Below, piece by piece: positions 1 to 15,163 of a DNA stretch of 64,000 bases. A program made the translations under genes and the position numbers. The stretch is from the human T2T-CHM13v2.0 reference genome, Homo sapiens. How positions within the stretch are numbered: the first letter of the stretch is position 1; every line of letters starts with the position of its first letter. The notes below the pieces were generated by a model. The model was given only the letters and a program-made list of their open reading frames with translations. It made no database searches and had not been told where the DNA came from. The stretch is from NCBI RefSeq assembly GCF_009914755.1, contig NC_060928.1; one strand, 5' to 3'.

Positions 1-355
1 AAGAACATCTGCACAAAAAGATAGCTAACTTATTAATGATAGAAAACTAAACACTTGCCAAAAAGATAGAAAACAAGACAATTATGTACACTCTTACCAC
101 TCCTATAAATGTCACACTCGATATTTCAGACAGTTTACTGAGGCAAGAAAAAAAAAAAGAAAATCTATACCAACAGGAATAAAAGATCTAAAACTGTCTC
201 TATTATTAGGCAATACAATTATCTATTTAGAAAATACCAAATAATCTACAAAAAAAACTATTAGAACTAATAAATAAGTTTAGAAAGTTTGCAGGGTGCA
301 AAGTCAATATACAAAAAATCATTATACTTCTCTATAATGAAAATCAACTATTTTG
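1..355 (+). mobile_element. Old L1M ORF2 (RT region) fragment; continues at ~4316
   Basis: Degenerate ORF2 motifs 'aaaactattagaactaataaataagtttagaaagtttgcagggtgcaaagtcaatatacaaaaaatc'. Confidence 0.8.
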
Positions 356-1189
356 GAAGATGGCAAAATAAGAATTCTCTGGGTCCAGTCTTCTTCACAA
401 AAATCCAGCTAGTAACTATCCACATGCAAGAATACCCCTGTGAATATTCCAGAACATGAAAGTGGGGCTGAGACAACTTCTTGGATTGCAGAACTGAGAA
501 CAGCTGTACACAAAGAGTAAGAGGAGTTGTTTCACTTTGATTATGTTATTTCTCTCCCAGCTGGCCCAATGCCACACACAGAGGATTCCTAGGAATCATC
601 ATTTTTACAGAGGGAAAAGAGAATTGGAGACAAACATTCATCATCTCCATCATTCTAAGACTTCTTGCAGGAGACACTCTCTTGTGTAGCCCCATAAGAA
701 ACATTGGGGGTATTGGTAGGGCTAGACCACCGGGTTTCAGTTAGAAACAAAAAGCAAGAATGGCGCTCACAGAGGCCACTGTAGGGATGGTTGGTTGGTT
801 GGTTTACATTTTTTCTGCAAATAGCACTGCTCTGAAGAAAACATGGTTAATTGGTCTCCCAGGCTTGAATTCTTGGCTGGTTTTCACCTCCAGCCTCAGT
901 GCTATCCTTGAAACTTCTCAAGGCCAGGAGATTGGGTCAGGCGGATAACTATCTGAAAAGGGAGAATCTGACCTCGCATGGCCCTTGCTGTCAACCTTCA
1001 AACCACTCAAGCTCTGGTGCACTCTTTAACCCTTCTCTGGGCAAAAAGGCAAGGGCTGGAGGGTGATTATCCACAAAAGGAGCATCTGTTCCCCCAGGTG
1101 CTAATTGGCTAATGTACCAAGCCTTGGTGCTTTACTTAAGACTACCATAGGATGGGAAGCAAACATGGTTGAGTAGTGATTCCAGGGAC
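356..1189 (+). mobile_element. L1M/L1MA 5'UTR-like segment (5' end of the element bounded by the 340-355 / 4300-4315 TSD)
   Basis: Starts 'gaagatggcaaaataag', like the L1 5' motif caagatggc, immediately after the left TSD copy; more GC-rich than its flanks. Confidence 0.6.
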
Positions 1190-2812
1190 CCCATGTATGG
1201 GTAGAATCGATATTGTAAAAATTACCATATTGTCAAAAGCAATCTACAAATTTAATGCAATTCCTATCAAAATATTATCATCACTCTTCACAAAAGTAGG
1301 AAAAACCATACTAAAATTCATATGAAACCAAAAAAGAGCCTGCATAGCCAATGCAAGACTAAGCAAAAAGAACAAATCTGGAGGCATCATATTACCTGAT
1401 TTCAAACTATACTACAAGGTTATAGTTACAAAACAGAGCAGTACTTGTATAAAAATAGGCACATAGACCAATAGAATAGAATAGAATAGAGAACCTAGAA
1501 ATAAAACCAAATACTTATAGCCAACTGATCTTTGACGAAGCAAACAAAACTAAAGTGGAGAAAGAACACCCTATTCAACAAATGGTGCTGGGATAATTTT
1601 CAAACCACATGCAGAAGTATGAAACTGCATCCTCATCTCTCACCTTATAAAGAAAATCAACTCAAGATGGATAAAATACTTGAATCTAAGACCTGAAACC
1701 ATAAGACTTCTAGAAGATAACATTGGAAAAACTCTTCTAGACATTGGCTTAGGCAAAGAGTTCATGACCAAGCACCCAAAAACAAAAATAAATAGATGGG
1801 ACCTAATTAAACTGAAATGCTTTTGCCCAGCCAAAGAAATAATCAGCAGAGTAAACAGACAATCCACAGAGTGGGAGATAAATCTTTGCAAACTATGCAT
1901 CTGACAAAGGACTAATATCCAGAATCTACAAGAAACTTAAATCAGCAAGAAAAAAACTAATATTCCCATCAAAAAGTAGGCAAAGGACATGAATAGACAA
2001 TTCTCAAAAGAAATTATACAAATGGCCTACAAACATAAAAAAAATGCTCAACGTAACTAAATATCAGGGAAATGTAAATTAAAACCACAATGAGATACCA
2101 CCTAATTTCTGCAAGAATGGCCATAATTTAAAATTCAAAAAAAAAATACACGTTGGTGTGGATGTTGTGAAAGGTAACACTTTTACACTTCTGGTTGGAA
2201 TGTAAACTAGTACAACCACTGTGGAAAACAATATGGAGATTTCTTAAATAACTAAAAGTAGAATTACCATTTGAACCAAAAATCTCACTACCGGGTATCT
2301 ACCCAAAGGGAAAGAAGTCATTATATGAAAAAGACACTTACACATGCATGTTTATAGCAGCACAATTTGCAATTGCAAAAATATGGAACCAGCCTAAATG
2401 CCCATCAACCAATGAGTGGATAAAGAAAGTCTGGTATATATACACCATGGAATACTACTCAGCCATAAAAAGGAATGAAATAATGGCATTTGCAGCAACC
2501 TGGATGGAGTTGGAGACCATTATTATTCTAAGTGAAGTAACTCAGGCATTAAAAACCAAATATTGTATGTTTTTACTTATAAGTAGGAGCTAAGCAATGA
2601 GGACACAAATGCATAAGGATTATATAATAAACTTTGCGGACTTTGAGGGGAGGGAGAGAGAGGGATGAGGGATAAAAGTCTACACATTGGGTTCAGTCTA
2701 CACTGCTCGGGTGATGGGTGCATCCAAATCTCAGAAATCACTACTAAAGAACTTATCCATGTAACCAAAAATCACGTGTTCCCCCAAAACTATTTAAATA
2801 AAAATTTAAAAA
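1190..2812 (+). mobile_element. 5'-truncated L1PB (L1PB1/L1PB2-like): ORF2 3' part plus 3'UTR
   Basis: ORF2 remnants (ORFs 1680-1904 and 2348-2593, 'WNQPKCPSTNEWIKK') and L1PB-type 3'UTR 'ctgctcgggtgatgggtgcatccaaatctcagaaatcactactaaagaacttatccatgtaacc' with A-rich end. Confidence 0.9.
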
Positions 2813-4047
2813 ATCCCATTTACAATAGCAAAAAAAGAGAGAAATACTTAGTTGTAAATTTAGAGGGTGAAAGACTCCCTACTTAAAAAAATTATAAAAC
2901 ACTGATAAAAAGAAATTGAAGAAAACAAAGTAAATGGAAAGATACCTCATGTTCATGAATTGCAAAAATTAGTAATCTTAAAATTTTATATTTTCCAAAG
3001 CAATGTACAGATCACTTTCTATCAAATTCCAATGTCATTTTTTCACACAAATAGAAAAATATTTCCTATATTTTTATGAAACAACAAACAACTAGAAACA
3101 GCCAAACAATCTTGGACTAAAAGAACAAAACTGTAGACATCACACTACCTGACTTCAAAGTATGTTACAAAGCAATTATGATCAAAATAGCATGGTACTG
3201 GCATAAAAAGAGATTTTTCAAGGAAAGGAACAAGATGAAGAGCCCAGATAAATCCACATATTTATTTTCAGTGTTATTTTTTGACAAAGGTGCCAAGAAC
3301 ACACAATGGGAAAAGGATAGTCTCTTCAATGAATGGTGCAGTGAAAACTGGTTAGCCACATGCAGAAGAAGGAAATTAGACATTTTTCTTAATTCAAGCA
3401 CAAAAATCAACTTCAAATGCATTAAACATATAACATAACACCTGAAACTATAAAACTAGTAGAATAAAACATAGGAAAAAACTACATGACATTGGTCTGG
3501 GAGAGGATTTTTTGGATATGACCCTGACAGCTTAGGAAAAAAGCAACAATAGACATATATGATTGCATCAAACTGAAAAGCTTCTGCACAGCAATAGAAA
3601 CAATTAATGAAGTGAAAAGACAACCCAGAAAGTGGGAAAAAATACATGCACAACATACATCTGATAAGGCTTAATATCCAAAATATATAAGAAACTTGCA
3701 CATCTCAATAGCAAGAAAACAAATAACCAGATTTTAAAATTGAGCAAAAAAATCTAAATAGGCACTTCTCAAAAGAAGATAAACAAATGGCAAAGCAGTT
3801 CATTTTAAAATGCTCATTATCCTTAATCATTAGGAAAATGAAAATTAAAACCACAGTGAGATCTCACCTCACACTGGTTAGAGTGGATTTTATCAGAAAG
3901 ATGAAAGATAACAACTGTTGGTGAGGATGTAGAGAATAGGTAGCGCTTGTACAATGTTGGTGATGGTGCAAAGTTTTACAACCATTATGAAAATAGTGTG
4001 GAGTTTCCTCAAAAAAAGTAAATAAATAAAAATAGAACTACCATATT
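2813..4047 (+). mobile_element. L1MA-type ORF2 3' region
   Basis: ORF 3178-3438 'AWYWHK...FDKGAKNTQWEKDSLFNEWCSENW' is L1 ORF2-like; ends at 'aaaatagaactaccatat'. Confidence 0.85.
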
Positions 4048-4258
4048 GTATTAGTCAGGGTTCTCTAAAGGAACAGAATAGGCTATATGTATGTATATAT
4101 ACATATAAAGGGGACTTTATTAAGGAGAATTGACACACAATTACAAGGTGAAATCCCAAGATAGGCCTTCTACAAGCTGAGAAGTAAGGAAGCCAGTCTG
4201 AGCCCCTGAACCTCAAAAGTGGGGAAGCCAGCAATGCAACCTTCAGTCTGAGGCCAAA
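4048..4258 (-). mobile_element. MLT2A (ERVL) LTR, truncated
   Basis: 'tgtattagtcagggttctcta...gaagccagtctgagcccctgaacctcaaaagtggggaagcc...ccttcagtctgaggcc' matches the reverse complement of the MLT2A 3' half. Confidence 0.85.
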
Positions 4259-4315
4259 ATTCAATTAGAAGTGGTCAATTAAAAATAATATACATTTTTA
4301 AAATTAACTATTTTG

Positions 4316-6450
4316 AAATGAATCATTTACAATAGCATCAAAAACATAATACATTATGTGTGAATTCTGCACATATTTAAATGAATGGAGATATATCATT
4401 TTCATGAATTGGAAGGCTTTTCATGAATTGGAAAAATGTTTATAAGATGCCAATTATTTTCAAACTAACCTTTAGCCTCAACTCAATTTAAATTAAAATT
4501 CTAGCAGCAAATCCTTATAAAAAATCATCAATTTGATTTTAAAGTTTATATGGAAAGACAAGAGAATTAGAATACCTTAAACATTTTGAAAAACATGGCA
4601 TACTGCCACTATCTAAGATTTATTTTATAGCTACACTATTCAAAGCAAGTTGGTACTGTCAGAATTATAGATACATAAACTAAAGGAACAGAATAGAGAG
4701 TCCAGAAATAGACACATAGGTATATGATCAATAAAGTTTTAACAAAGGAGTGAAGGTAACTCCTTTGAGTAGAGGTAAAACTAAAGGAGTAAAGGTAATT
4801 CCTAGTGTGGAAATTATCATCTTTTCAACAAATAATGCCAGAACAATTGGATATCCATATAAACAAACAAACAAACAAACCCTTGATTCTTGACCTCAAA
4901 ACAGATCTTGTGCCTAAAAATAAAACCCAAAGGTATAAAATCTTCAAAAGATTATATAGGAAAAATCTTTGTGATCTTGAGATAGGAAACGATTGCTTTG
5001 GTTAGACTCCAGAAACACAATCAATAATAGAAATCATGATATATTGGATTTCATCAACATTAGGAATTTTAGAGCTTCTGCCTTCTGAAATATCCTCTTA
5101 AAAAAGTAAAAACACAAGCAAGCAATGGACTGAAAGAAAACATTTTATTTCGCATATCTAAGAAGGGCGTTGTATCCAGAATAAATAAAGAACACCCAAA
5201 TCTCAATGATAACAAAACAAATAATCCAATAAATAATTGAAAAAAAATTCAAACTGAAAATTTGCCCAAGAAAGTGTATGGATGGAAAATAAGCACTTAT
5301 AGGGATGCTAAACCTCATTAGTCATTAGGGAAATACAAATTAAAATTAGGATGAAATACTACTATTGGCATCACAAAAATTTTAATAACTAACAATACAG
5401 TGTGTGTATTTGTTTGTTTTCACACTGCTGTAAATGACTATGTGAGACTGGGTAATTTATGAGGAAAAGAGTTTTAATTGACTCAATTGACTCAGTTCTG
5501 CAGGCTGTACAGGAGGCATGGCTAGGGAGGCCTCAGAAAACTTACAATCATGGAAAAAGGGCAAAGAGGAAGTAAACACATATTCACAAGCCAGCAGGAG
5601 AGAAAAAGAAGGGGGAAGTGCTACACAGTTTTAAACAACTGGGGCTTCTGAGAACTCACTCACTATAATGTGAACAGCAAGGGAGAAATCTGCCCCCATG
5701 ATCCAATCACCTCCCACCTGATCCCTCTGCCAACATTGTGAATTACAATTCAACATGAGATCTGGGTGGGGACACGGAGCCAAACAATATCAGTGTATTT
5801 GTGAGGAGGCGGAGCAACTGGCACTCTTAAACATTTTCTATTGAGAATGCAAAATGTACATTAACTCTGGAAAACAGGTTGGTAATGTCTTACGAAGTTA
5901 AATACTCACTTAAGAGCATTTCCATTCCCAGGGATTTATCTAGGAAAAATGAATATGTTGCTTAATGAAAAAAAAATAGGTAAATATTTATAGCAAATAT
6001 TTATTTATAGTAAACATAAGCTGAAAATAACTGAACTGTCCATTAACAAGTGAATGGCTAAATAAACTATGGCATATCAACTATGGCATACTACCTCACA
6101 ATAGAAAGAAACAAACTGCTAGCAGACACAACAAAGTGGACAAATTTGAAATATATTATGATATGTGAATGAAGCCAATTCCCAAAAACTATTAACTGTG
6201 ATTCTATGAAAATAGCATTCTGGAAAATACCAAACTATAGACACGGAAATGGATCAGTTTTTGTCAGAAGTTGGGGTATGTGGGAAGAATTATTACAAAG
6301 GAAAATGGGGAAATTTGAGGGGTTAACAAAGCTTTTTTATTTTGGTGTTTGTTACATGACTGCACGCATTTGCAAAACTCAGCAAATTTTACTAGAAAAA
6401 GCATGAATTTTACTCTATAATGTATACCTTAGTAAAAATAAGTGATATAA
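4316..6450 (+). mobile_element. Old L1M (L1MC/MD/ME-like) ORF2 3' part plus 3'UTR; continuation of 1-355
   Basis: Resumes 'aatcatttacaatagcatcaaaa'; 'aacagaatagagagtccagaaatagac'; 3'UTR ends 'gcatgaattttactctataatgtatacctt'. Interrupted by an MST LTR. Confidence 0.8.
5405..5792 (-). mobile_element. MaLR solo LTR (MSTA/THE1D-like)
   Basis: TG...CA termini 'tgtatttg...ccaaacaatatca'; 5-bp TSD gtgtg/gtgta; core 'gagactgggtaatttatgaggaaaagag'. Confidence 0.9.
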
Positions 6451-6659
6451 AAAGATGACAAAAGAAACAGTTCAAGTCACATAAGATTAAGTTTCCAGCC
6501 CAGATCATGTACATTAGAAATATATGATTTTAGAAAGGAAGCAAATCATCATAAACTAGGTCAGAAAGTGCTGAGAGAAGAAGATATAGCATTTTTTTTC
6601 AGATATGAAAAAAAGAGCATTGGCGAAGGACAGATAATCTTAGTTCTTTTCTGTTGCAT

Positions 6660-6929
6660 TGGGTGATGAAAGGGATGAGCATGCTGTCTCAGGCCTCTTT
6701 CTCTTTTTACAAAGCCATCTGTTCCACTCCCATGATAACCCATTAATTAATTAACACATTAATCCATCAATCCATGAATGGATTAATTCCGTCATGAGGG
6801 CTCTACCCTCATGAGGATAGAGCCCTCATGACCCAATCACTTCTTAAAGGTCCCACCTCTCATTACTGCTACACAGGGAATTAAGTTTCAACATGAGCTT
6901 TTAAGAGGACAACATTCAACCCATAGCAG
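6660..6929 (-). mobile_element. MaLR LTR fragment (MSTC/MSTD-like)
   Basis: 'cccatgataacccattaa...gagccctcatgacccaatcacttcttaaaggtcccacctctc...caacccatagca'. Confidence 0.8.
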
Positions 6930-7239
6930 AGAGGAAAAGGGCAAGTTCAGAAACTTGGTTAGGAAAACTGTTTGGTCAAAGTTGTGGTCACTATGTGTCA
7001 TAATGATTTATTTTTCATTTTGTCTAAAGACCTAAAGAAACCAACCAAGTAAATTTTAAAAAGGAATTTTACATCTTTCCTTCATCAACCACCTATCCAA
7101 TATTGGAGAAGTTACTCAAAATATTGAATATTTCAACATCCTTATCAGATAAATATCAATTTCTGTCTTGAGATTCAATATTAACCAACTTTAATTTAGA
7201 CCCTAAATAATTTCAGACTTGTCTCTGAAAATTTCCAGC

Positions 7240-7325
7240 TGAGGGACCAGTTGTAAGTTACTTAACCTATCTGAACCTCTTTTCTGTAAATAAGATGGGG
7301 CTGTTGAGAGGATGGAATAAGACAG
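7240..7325 (+). mobile_element. MIR fragment
   Basis: Core-like 'aagttacttaacctatctgaacctcttttctgtaaa'. Confidence 0.6.
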
Positions 7326-7429
7326 GGGACACCCAGCTTGTTTGTATTTATTTTAGATCAAATTTAAAATGAAATGCCACAGTACTGGCAGAGAGAATGC
7401 ATTAGTCAAAGCCAAGAAAGGAATAGAAA

Positions 7430-8260
7430 ATCTGGTGCATTGAGGAAACAGAAAATAATTAAATATGGTTGATACTTAAGGTTAAAGGGGAAAGAGTGGT
7501 GAGAGAAGAGATAGGTAGGAACTAAATCATGAAAAACTATATGTGCTTTGGCCAGAACTCTTTATTTTACTCCTAACTGTAAAAATATCAATGAGAAAGT
7601 GTTGACTGATTTGAGCAATATTTGGCTGGCAGAATTTATAGAGTTCAGTGACAAATTAGATGAGGAATGATGGAAAAGAAGGAATCTATGACCACAGTGT
7701 TCATAATGTCAGTCTTTACATAGGAAATGAAGGACTAAAAAGAGGTGAGAAGAGAGCCAAAGACATAACTCTAGGAAATAAAAATAATTATTTCATCTGG
7801 CATAAAGGGTTACATTCAAGATAGAGACAGGATGAAAGACTAGATGATCCTGACAATAAAAATGATAAAGGAGACTTAGCATTTGTTAAGTGCTTATGAC
7901 ATAATAGACACTGTGCATATACATGTATTATCTCACTTTACAAGAGGAAAAGAAGACTTAGGGAGAATAAATGATCTTCCCAAGACACACTGCTCTATGC
8001 AATTGGTTTCAAACTCAGAAAGTCACACTGCAGAACTTGAATTTTTATAAGGTAAGTCCAACTTGAAGAGTTGTCACAAAAGATGTGAAGAAAGATGTAC
8101 GCAAGAAGGGAGAGTTTAAGTGTGTTAAAGCTTGGACATTTTCCATTGGATTTAACAATTAGTAAGTGCAGCCATGAGTGATCTTGATGAGAAAAATTCT
8201 ATGCATATGGCAGGAGGCAAAGGCAGATTTAAAAAAAATTGAGCCGCTAGAGCAAGGATG
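7430..8260 (-). mobile_element. Degenerate L2 pieces with an intervening MIR (~7850-8040)
   Basis: Purine-rich L2-like phrases such as 'ccattggatttaacaattag'; MIR-like 'tagcatttgttaagtgctta...cttcccaagacacac'. Confidence 0.45.
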
Positions 8261-10473
8261 ACAGCAAATATGATCTTGATGATATTGAGCCCACTTTTTC
8301 AGTAGCCATAGCCCTTTGGGTATGCAGAATAACTTTAAGAAGACAAAGACCTGACTGGTTTGTACAAATTATAGATTTGTTAACAATCATGTATTTGCCA
8401 CATGAAAGCTGGTAAGGAAAATAAAACTATTGTGTTAAATAAGTAAGACATCAATAACAACAACAAGAACAATCACATGTATTCCCCACACCCTGCTTTT
8501 CATTCAAACTCAATATATACAACTGGTTCTCCCTATCAATCTGAATAAAAAAATTAAGTCAAGGCTCATGAATCTTCTGCTCACTCTTAGATAATGTGGA
8601 GTTCTTGGTAACTTCCATAAAATAGTCTCAATTCAATCATTAGTATGTCCACTATAGTATAATAATGAAAATCTTAAAACTTAGTTTGAAGGTAAATTTT
8701 CCCATTCCACTTGTAGCCAGAGCCTGATTCAAGCTGATTTCTTGCAGGGTTAGGAATGGGGTTTAATAGATTGCATCTCTTTCCACTGCAATCACATTTG
8801 TACTTTCTCCCTCACCTTGCTAACAGATTTCTGACCAATGGAGCTTGGTAAGTTTTCAGCACTGGAGAAAAGAGTGGTACAGGGTCAGGAAAATTCTTTC
8901 ATTCCAAAAAATGTGGTGAAGGAGTTGGTTTGGGTGCTCTCTGGGTCTAGAAGATGTCTAAAGTTGATGAATAAACTCATTGAGAAGTTTCTGGGTTTCT
9001 GTGAGAACTTTTCCCATCAATGTGATCTCTCTAATTTTTTAGATGAACAAGTGTGTCAACCTTATTGCCTTATCAATTATAACTTCTACCCAAGCTTGTA
9101 AGTACAAGAAAATACAATCCGTATTTTCTTTTCTGAGATTCCTTGCTTGTCCACACGAGACAATAAATCTCTCTTATTACAGTTTACTCTCTCATGCGTA
9201 CTCTACAATCAGTTCATAGGAACCAGTCACTTTGGGCCTGTCTTATAGACTAGGCAATTACTTCCCAAACAGCTGTTGCTGTGGTACATTTCAAAAGGCC
9301 TCTATAATCAGCCTCACTCTCACCCTTTAGATTTTCCAGGCAAGAGGCAGAGTGAGTCTACTTTGCTTCACAAGTTTCCAGAACAAATAACTCCTAAGTT
9401 TCCATCTAAAGCCTAGATTTGAACTCCCATCTATTTCCTCCCAGGGACAGTGTGACTTCTACCACCCACTGGATTTCTCTAAAATTTCTCCTGTATCTCT
9501 AACTTCTAAACATCTTATACTTTCTATGTAGGAGAATGGTTAAAAACTGTGAATTGGTTTTGTTATAAAATCCTGGGTAGTCTTGAACCGCAATCTGAAA
9601 TGCAGCTAGGTTTTTTAGGTCTTTGCTTAAATTGAGTGCAAAACAATCCATTTAAATAACTTGAAATTTAGAAGATTTTTGGTCTGATTTGCAGGAAAAT
9701 TCTGTCTAAAAAGCACACCAAAGAAAGAAGTTCAGCTTGCTGACCCATGCCTGGAATCTGGTGTATCTTTGAATGAATAAATTCAGATAAATATTAACTA
9801 AAATTGCAACACAATGAATTAGCACAACTTCCTTGTGTGACATAATGATCAATAAAGGAAAGACACAGGTGCCTTAGAGAAAATTTAATCTAAGTACAAA
9901 TCTTTTATTCATAAGTTTCAAATTAAATCTGGTTGACTTTTAAAAGCTCCATTCAAACATTAATAAATGTTTATATATCAAAGGGGGGAAATGTCACACT
10001 TCTTTTGTAAACTAAAAGGCATGTGATTTTACATGTTCCCAAATGAAAAGTATGAATCAAGCAACAGAAATAAATGAGGACAAATTAAAATTAGTTTATC
10101 ATAAGCAGGAGTTCCAGAGTAAGTTATGTCCACAATCACATCCTGTGCTTATGAATAGTACAATCGTCAAGCATTCAAACATGGAGTTTTGTCAAATATA
10201 AAGAGTATTCTTGACTGAAGAATTCTGTTTGCAGTAGAATGATAAATTTAATACAGGTGTTTATCACAACTGCTGAACAGGTATGTGTAAGACTTCTGCC
10301 ACTAAGTCAAGGCTAACATGAGGAAAAGAAAAAAGAATGTTCAGTCACCCTTGTTATGAACAGTAGATGTTCATAGAACTGACTTCAGTTGGCCTAAGGC
10401 TTAAGTCTTTCCAAAATATAATTGATAATGAACAGCAGAGAAAATATGCACTTTGCTAAGTACTGCTTAGACT

Positions 10474-10897
10474 GTTTTTAATTGTGATAAACTTCATATA
10501 ATGAGAAATTTGCTACCATAAGCATTTTTAAGTGTACAGTTAAGTAATGTTAAGCATATTCACATTGTTGTACAACTCATCTACAGAACCTTTTACATCT
10601 TGCAAAACAAATCCAATACTAACTAAAATAGCAACTGTCAATTTCTCCCTCCCTGTAGCCTCTGGTGACCAGCATTCTACTCTCTGTGTTTATGAGATTG
10701 AATATTTTATATATGATTCCTCATAAAAGTGGGTCATGCACTATTTGTCCTCCTCTGATTGGTTTATTTCACTTAGCAAAATGTCATGTAGGTTCATCAA
10801 TCTTGTCACATATGGTGGAATTTCCTTCTTTTTTAAGGTTGAATTATATTCCACTGTATGCAAATATCACATTTTCTTTATCCATTCTTCCAGTCGA
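10474..10897 (-). mobile_element. L1MB (L1MB2/3-like) 3' end, non-inverted part
   Basis: 'ttttttaattgtg...catttttaagtgtacagtt...catattcacattgttgtacaac' is the reverse complement of the L1MB 3'UTR. Confidence 0.85.
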
Positions 10898-11131
10898 CTA
10901 AAAACTTCTGCACAGCAAGGAAACAATCAACAGAATGAAAAGGCAATATATAGAAAAGAAGAAAGCATATGTAAACCATATATCTGATAAAGATTTACTA
11001 GCCAAAAATATAAGGAGCTCTTACAACTCAATTGCAAAAAACCCAAATAACCCAATACAAAAATGGGTCAAGGCCTTGAATAGACATTTCTTCAAAGAAG
11101 ATATACAAATAATCAAGAGGTATATCATCGG

Positions 11132-13844
<2,713 letters not shown>

Positions 13845-15083
13845 ATCAGAAAAATGGAAATCAAAACCACAATAAGATATCATCTCATACCTGTTAGGAT
13901 GTCTGTTACAGACACACACACACAGAGACTCAAACACAAGATAAGTCTTGGCAAGATATGGAGAAATAGGAACCTTGTATATTGTTGGTAGTAATGTAAA
14001 ATTGTGCAGTCTCTATGAAAAACAGTATGTAGGTTCCTCAAAAAATTAAAAATAGAACTACCAGATGATACAGCAATCCCATTTCTGGATATATTTCAAA
14101 AAGAATTGAAATCAGGATCTCAAAGAGATATCTGCATTCCCATGTTCATGGCAGCATTATTCACAACAGCCAAAATGTGGAAACAACCTAAATGTCTATG
14201 ATGATTTCAAGATAAAATGGCCTTTCCTACTTCTGTACTCAAATTTTTAAAAAAATGTTGATAGCCTATCCTAAATACTTTTCAACATATTATATGTCTA
14301 TCTCTAGTATATTGAAAGTGCTGCGCTTAGGTGTGCAAGCAGAAAGCAATTTGCTTCTTTCTTTCTTTCCTTCATCATGCCTCCCCTTTCCAGTGTAATA
14401 CTTGAACTAGGTCCTATAGCTTATCTTGTCAGTTACATATGTAAACAGACTCTTATTTCTAGGAATTTTCTAAAGTACAGTAAAGCTTAACACTAAGACT
14501 TCAATTTTTTATTTATTCAATCCCCTTAGCTATTTATCTTCCTACTGAGGCCCCAAAACTGGAAGACAGAACTTTTTGGTTATATTATTTTAAGAAAACT
14601 CTAGCTCAGCTTTCTTTACGTTTTGATAAAACTTGAGTTTTTGTTTATTTAGTCCAGGCTGTCTTAGCTCTCTTTGCAGTGCAGTTCCAAGCATTTCAGC
14701 CAGAATTTAAAATTCGTGTCCAAAGGGAGGTTCAGACATCAATTTTCTTATATAACCAAAACTACTAGGCAAATTTTGCAAAGAAAATACTCAACATGCT
14801 CTCATCTAGTAGCAGAACAAGGTTGACCTTTAAAATTGTATAACTCAGCAAATAAAACTTGATGTCAGTGTCCCTTCTGATAAGCACACCAATCTCTTTA
14901 AGAGGCACCCTGTTGTTATCTTCATTTTAGTTTGGACCTGGGGGTAACTGAAGAAATGGTGTTAGAAAAAAAGAGACAATGGGGGAGTACCTTCTACTAG
15001 CATGATGAAACCTCCCCAGATAGCTCCAAGATAGTCTTATGCTTCTTTATTCATAAACTGGAGATGGATAATGAGTGGTGATG

Positions 15084-15088
15084 TAGAT

Positions 15089-15145
<57 letters not shown>

Positions 15146-15163
15146 CACAGATACATAGATACA
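15084..15163. repeat. (AGAT)n tetranucleotide microsatellite, about 13 pure units plus degenerate flanks
   Basis: Read directly from the sequence. Confidence 0.97.

Noticed and set aside
1640-3701. ORFs of 70-86 aa with reverse-transcriptase-element similarity
   Set aside because: They are broken L1 ORF2 remnants or their antisense, not intact genes.
4398-6091. Short tandem duplications (ttttcatgaattggaa x2 near 4400, aattgactc x2 near 5476, aactatggcata x2 near 6066)
   Set aside because: Ordinary slippage inside decayed TEs; there are no spacers or regular period, so this is not a CRISPR-like array.
14276-14320. Imperfect inverted repeat (ttcaacata ... tatattgaa)
   Set aside because: Short, AT-rich and mismatched; consistent with chance.
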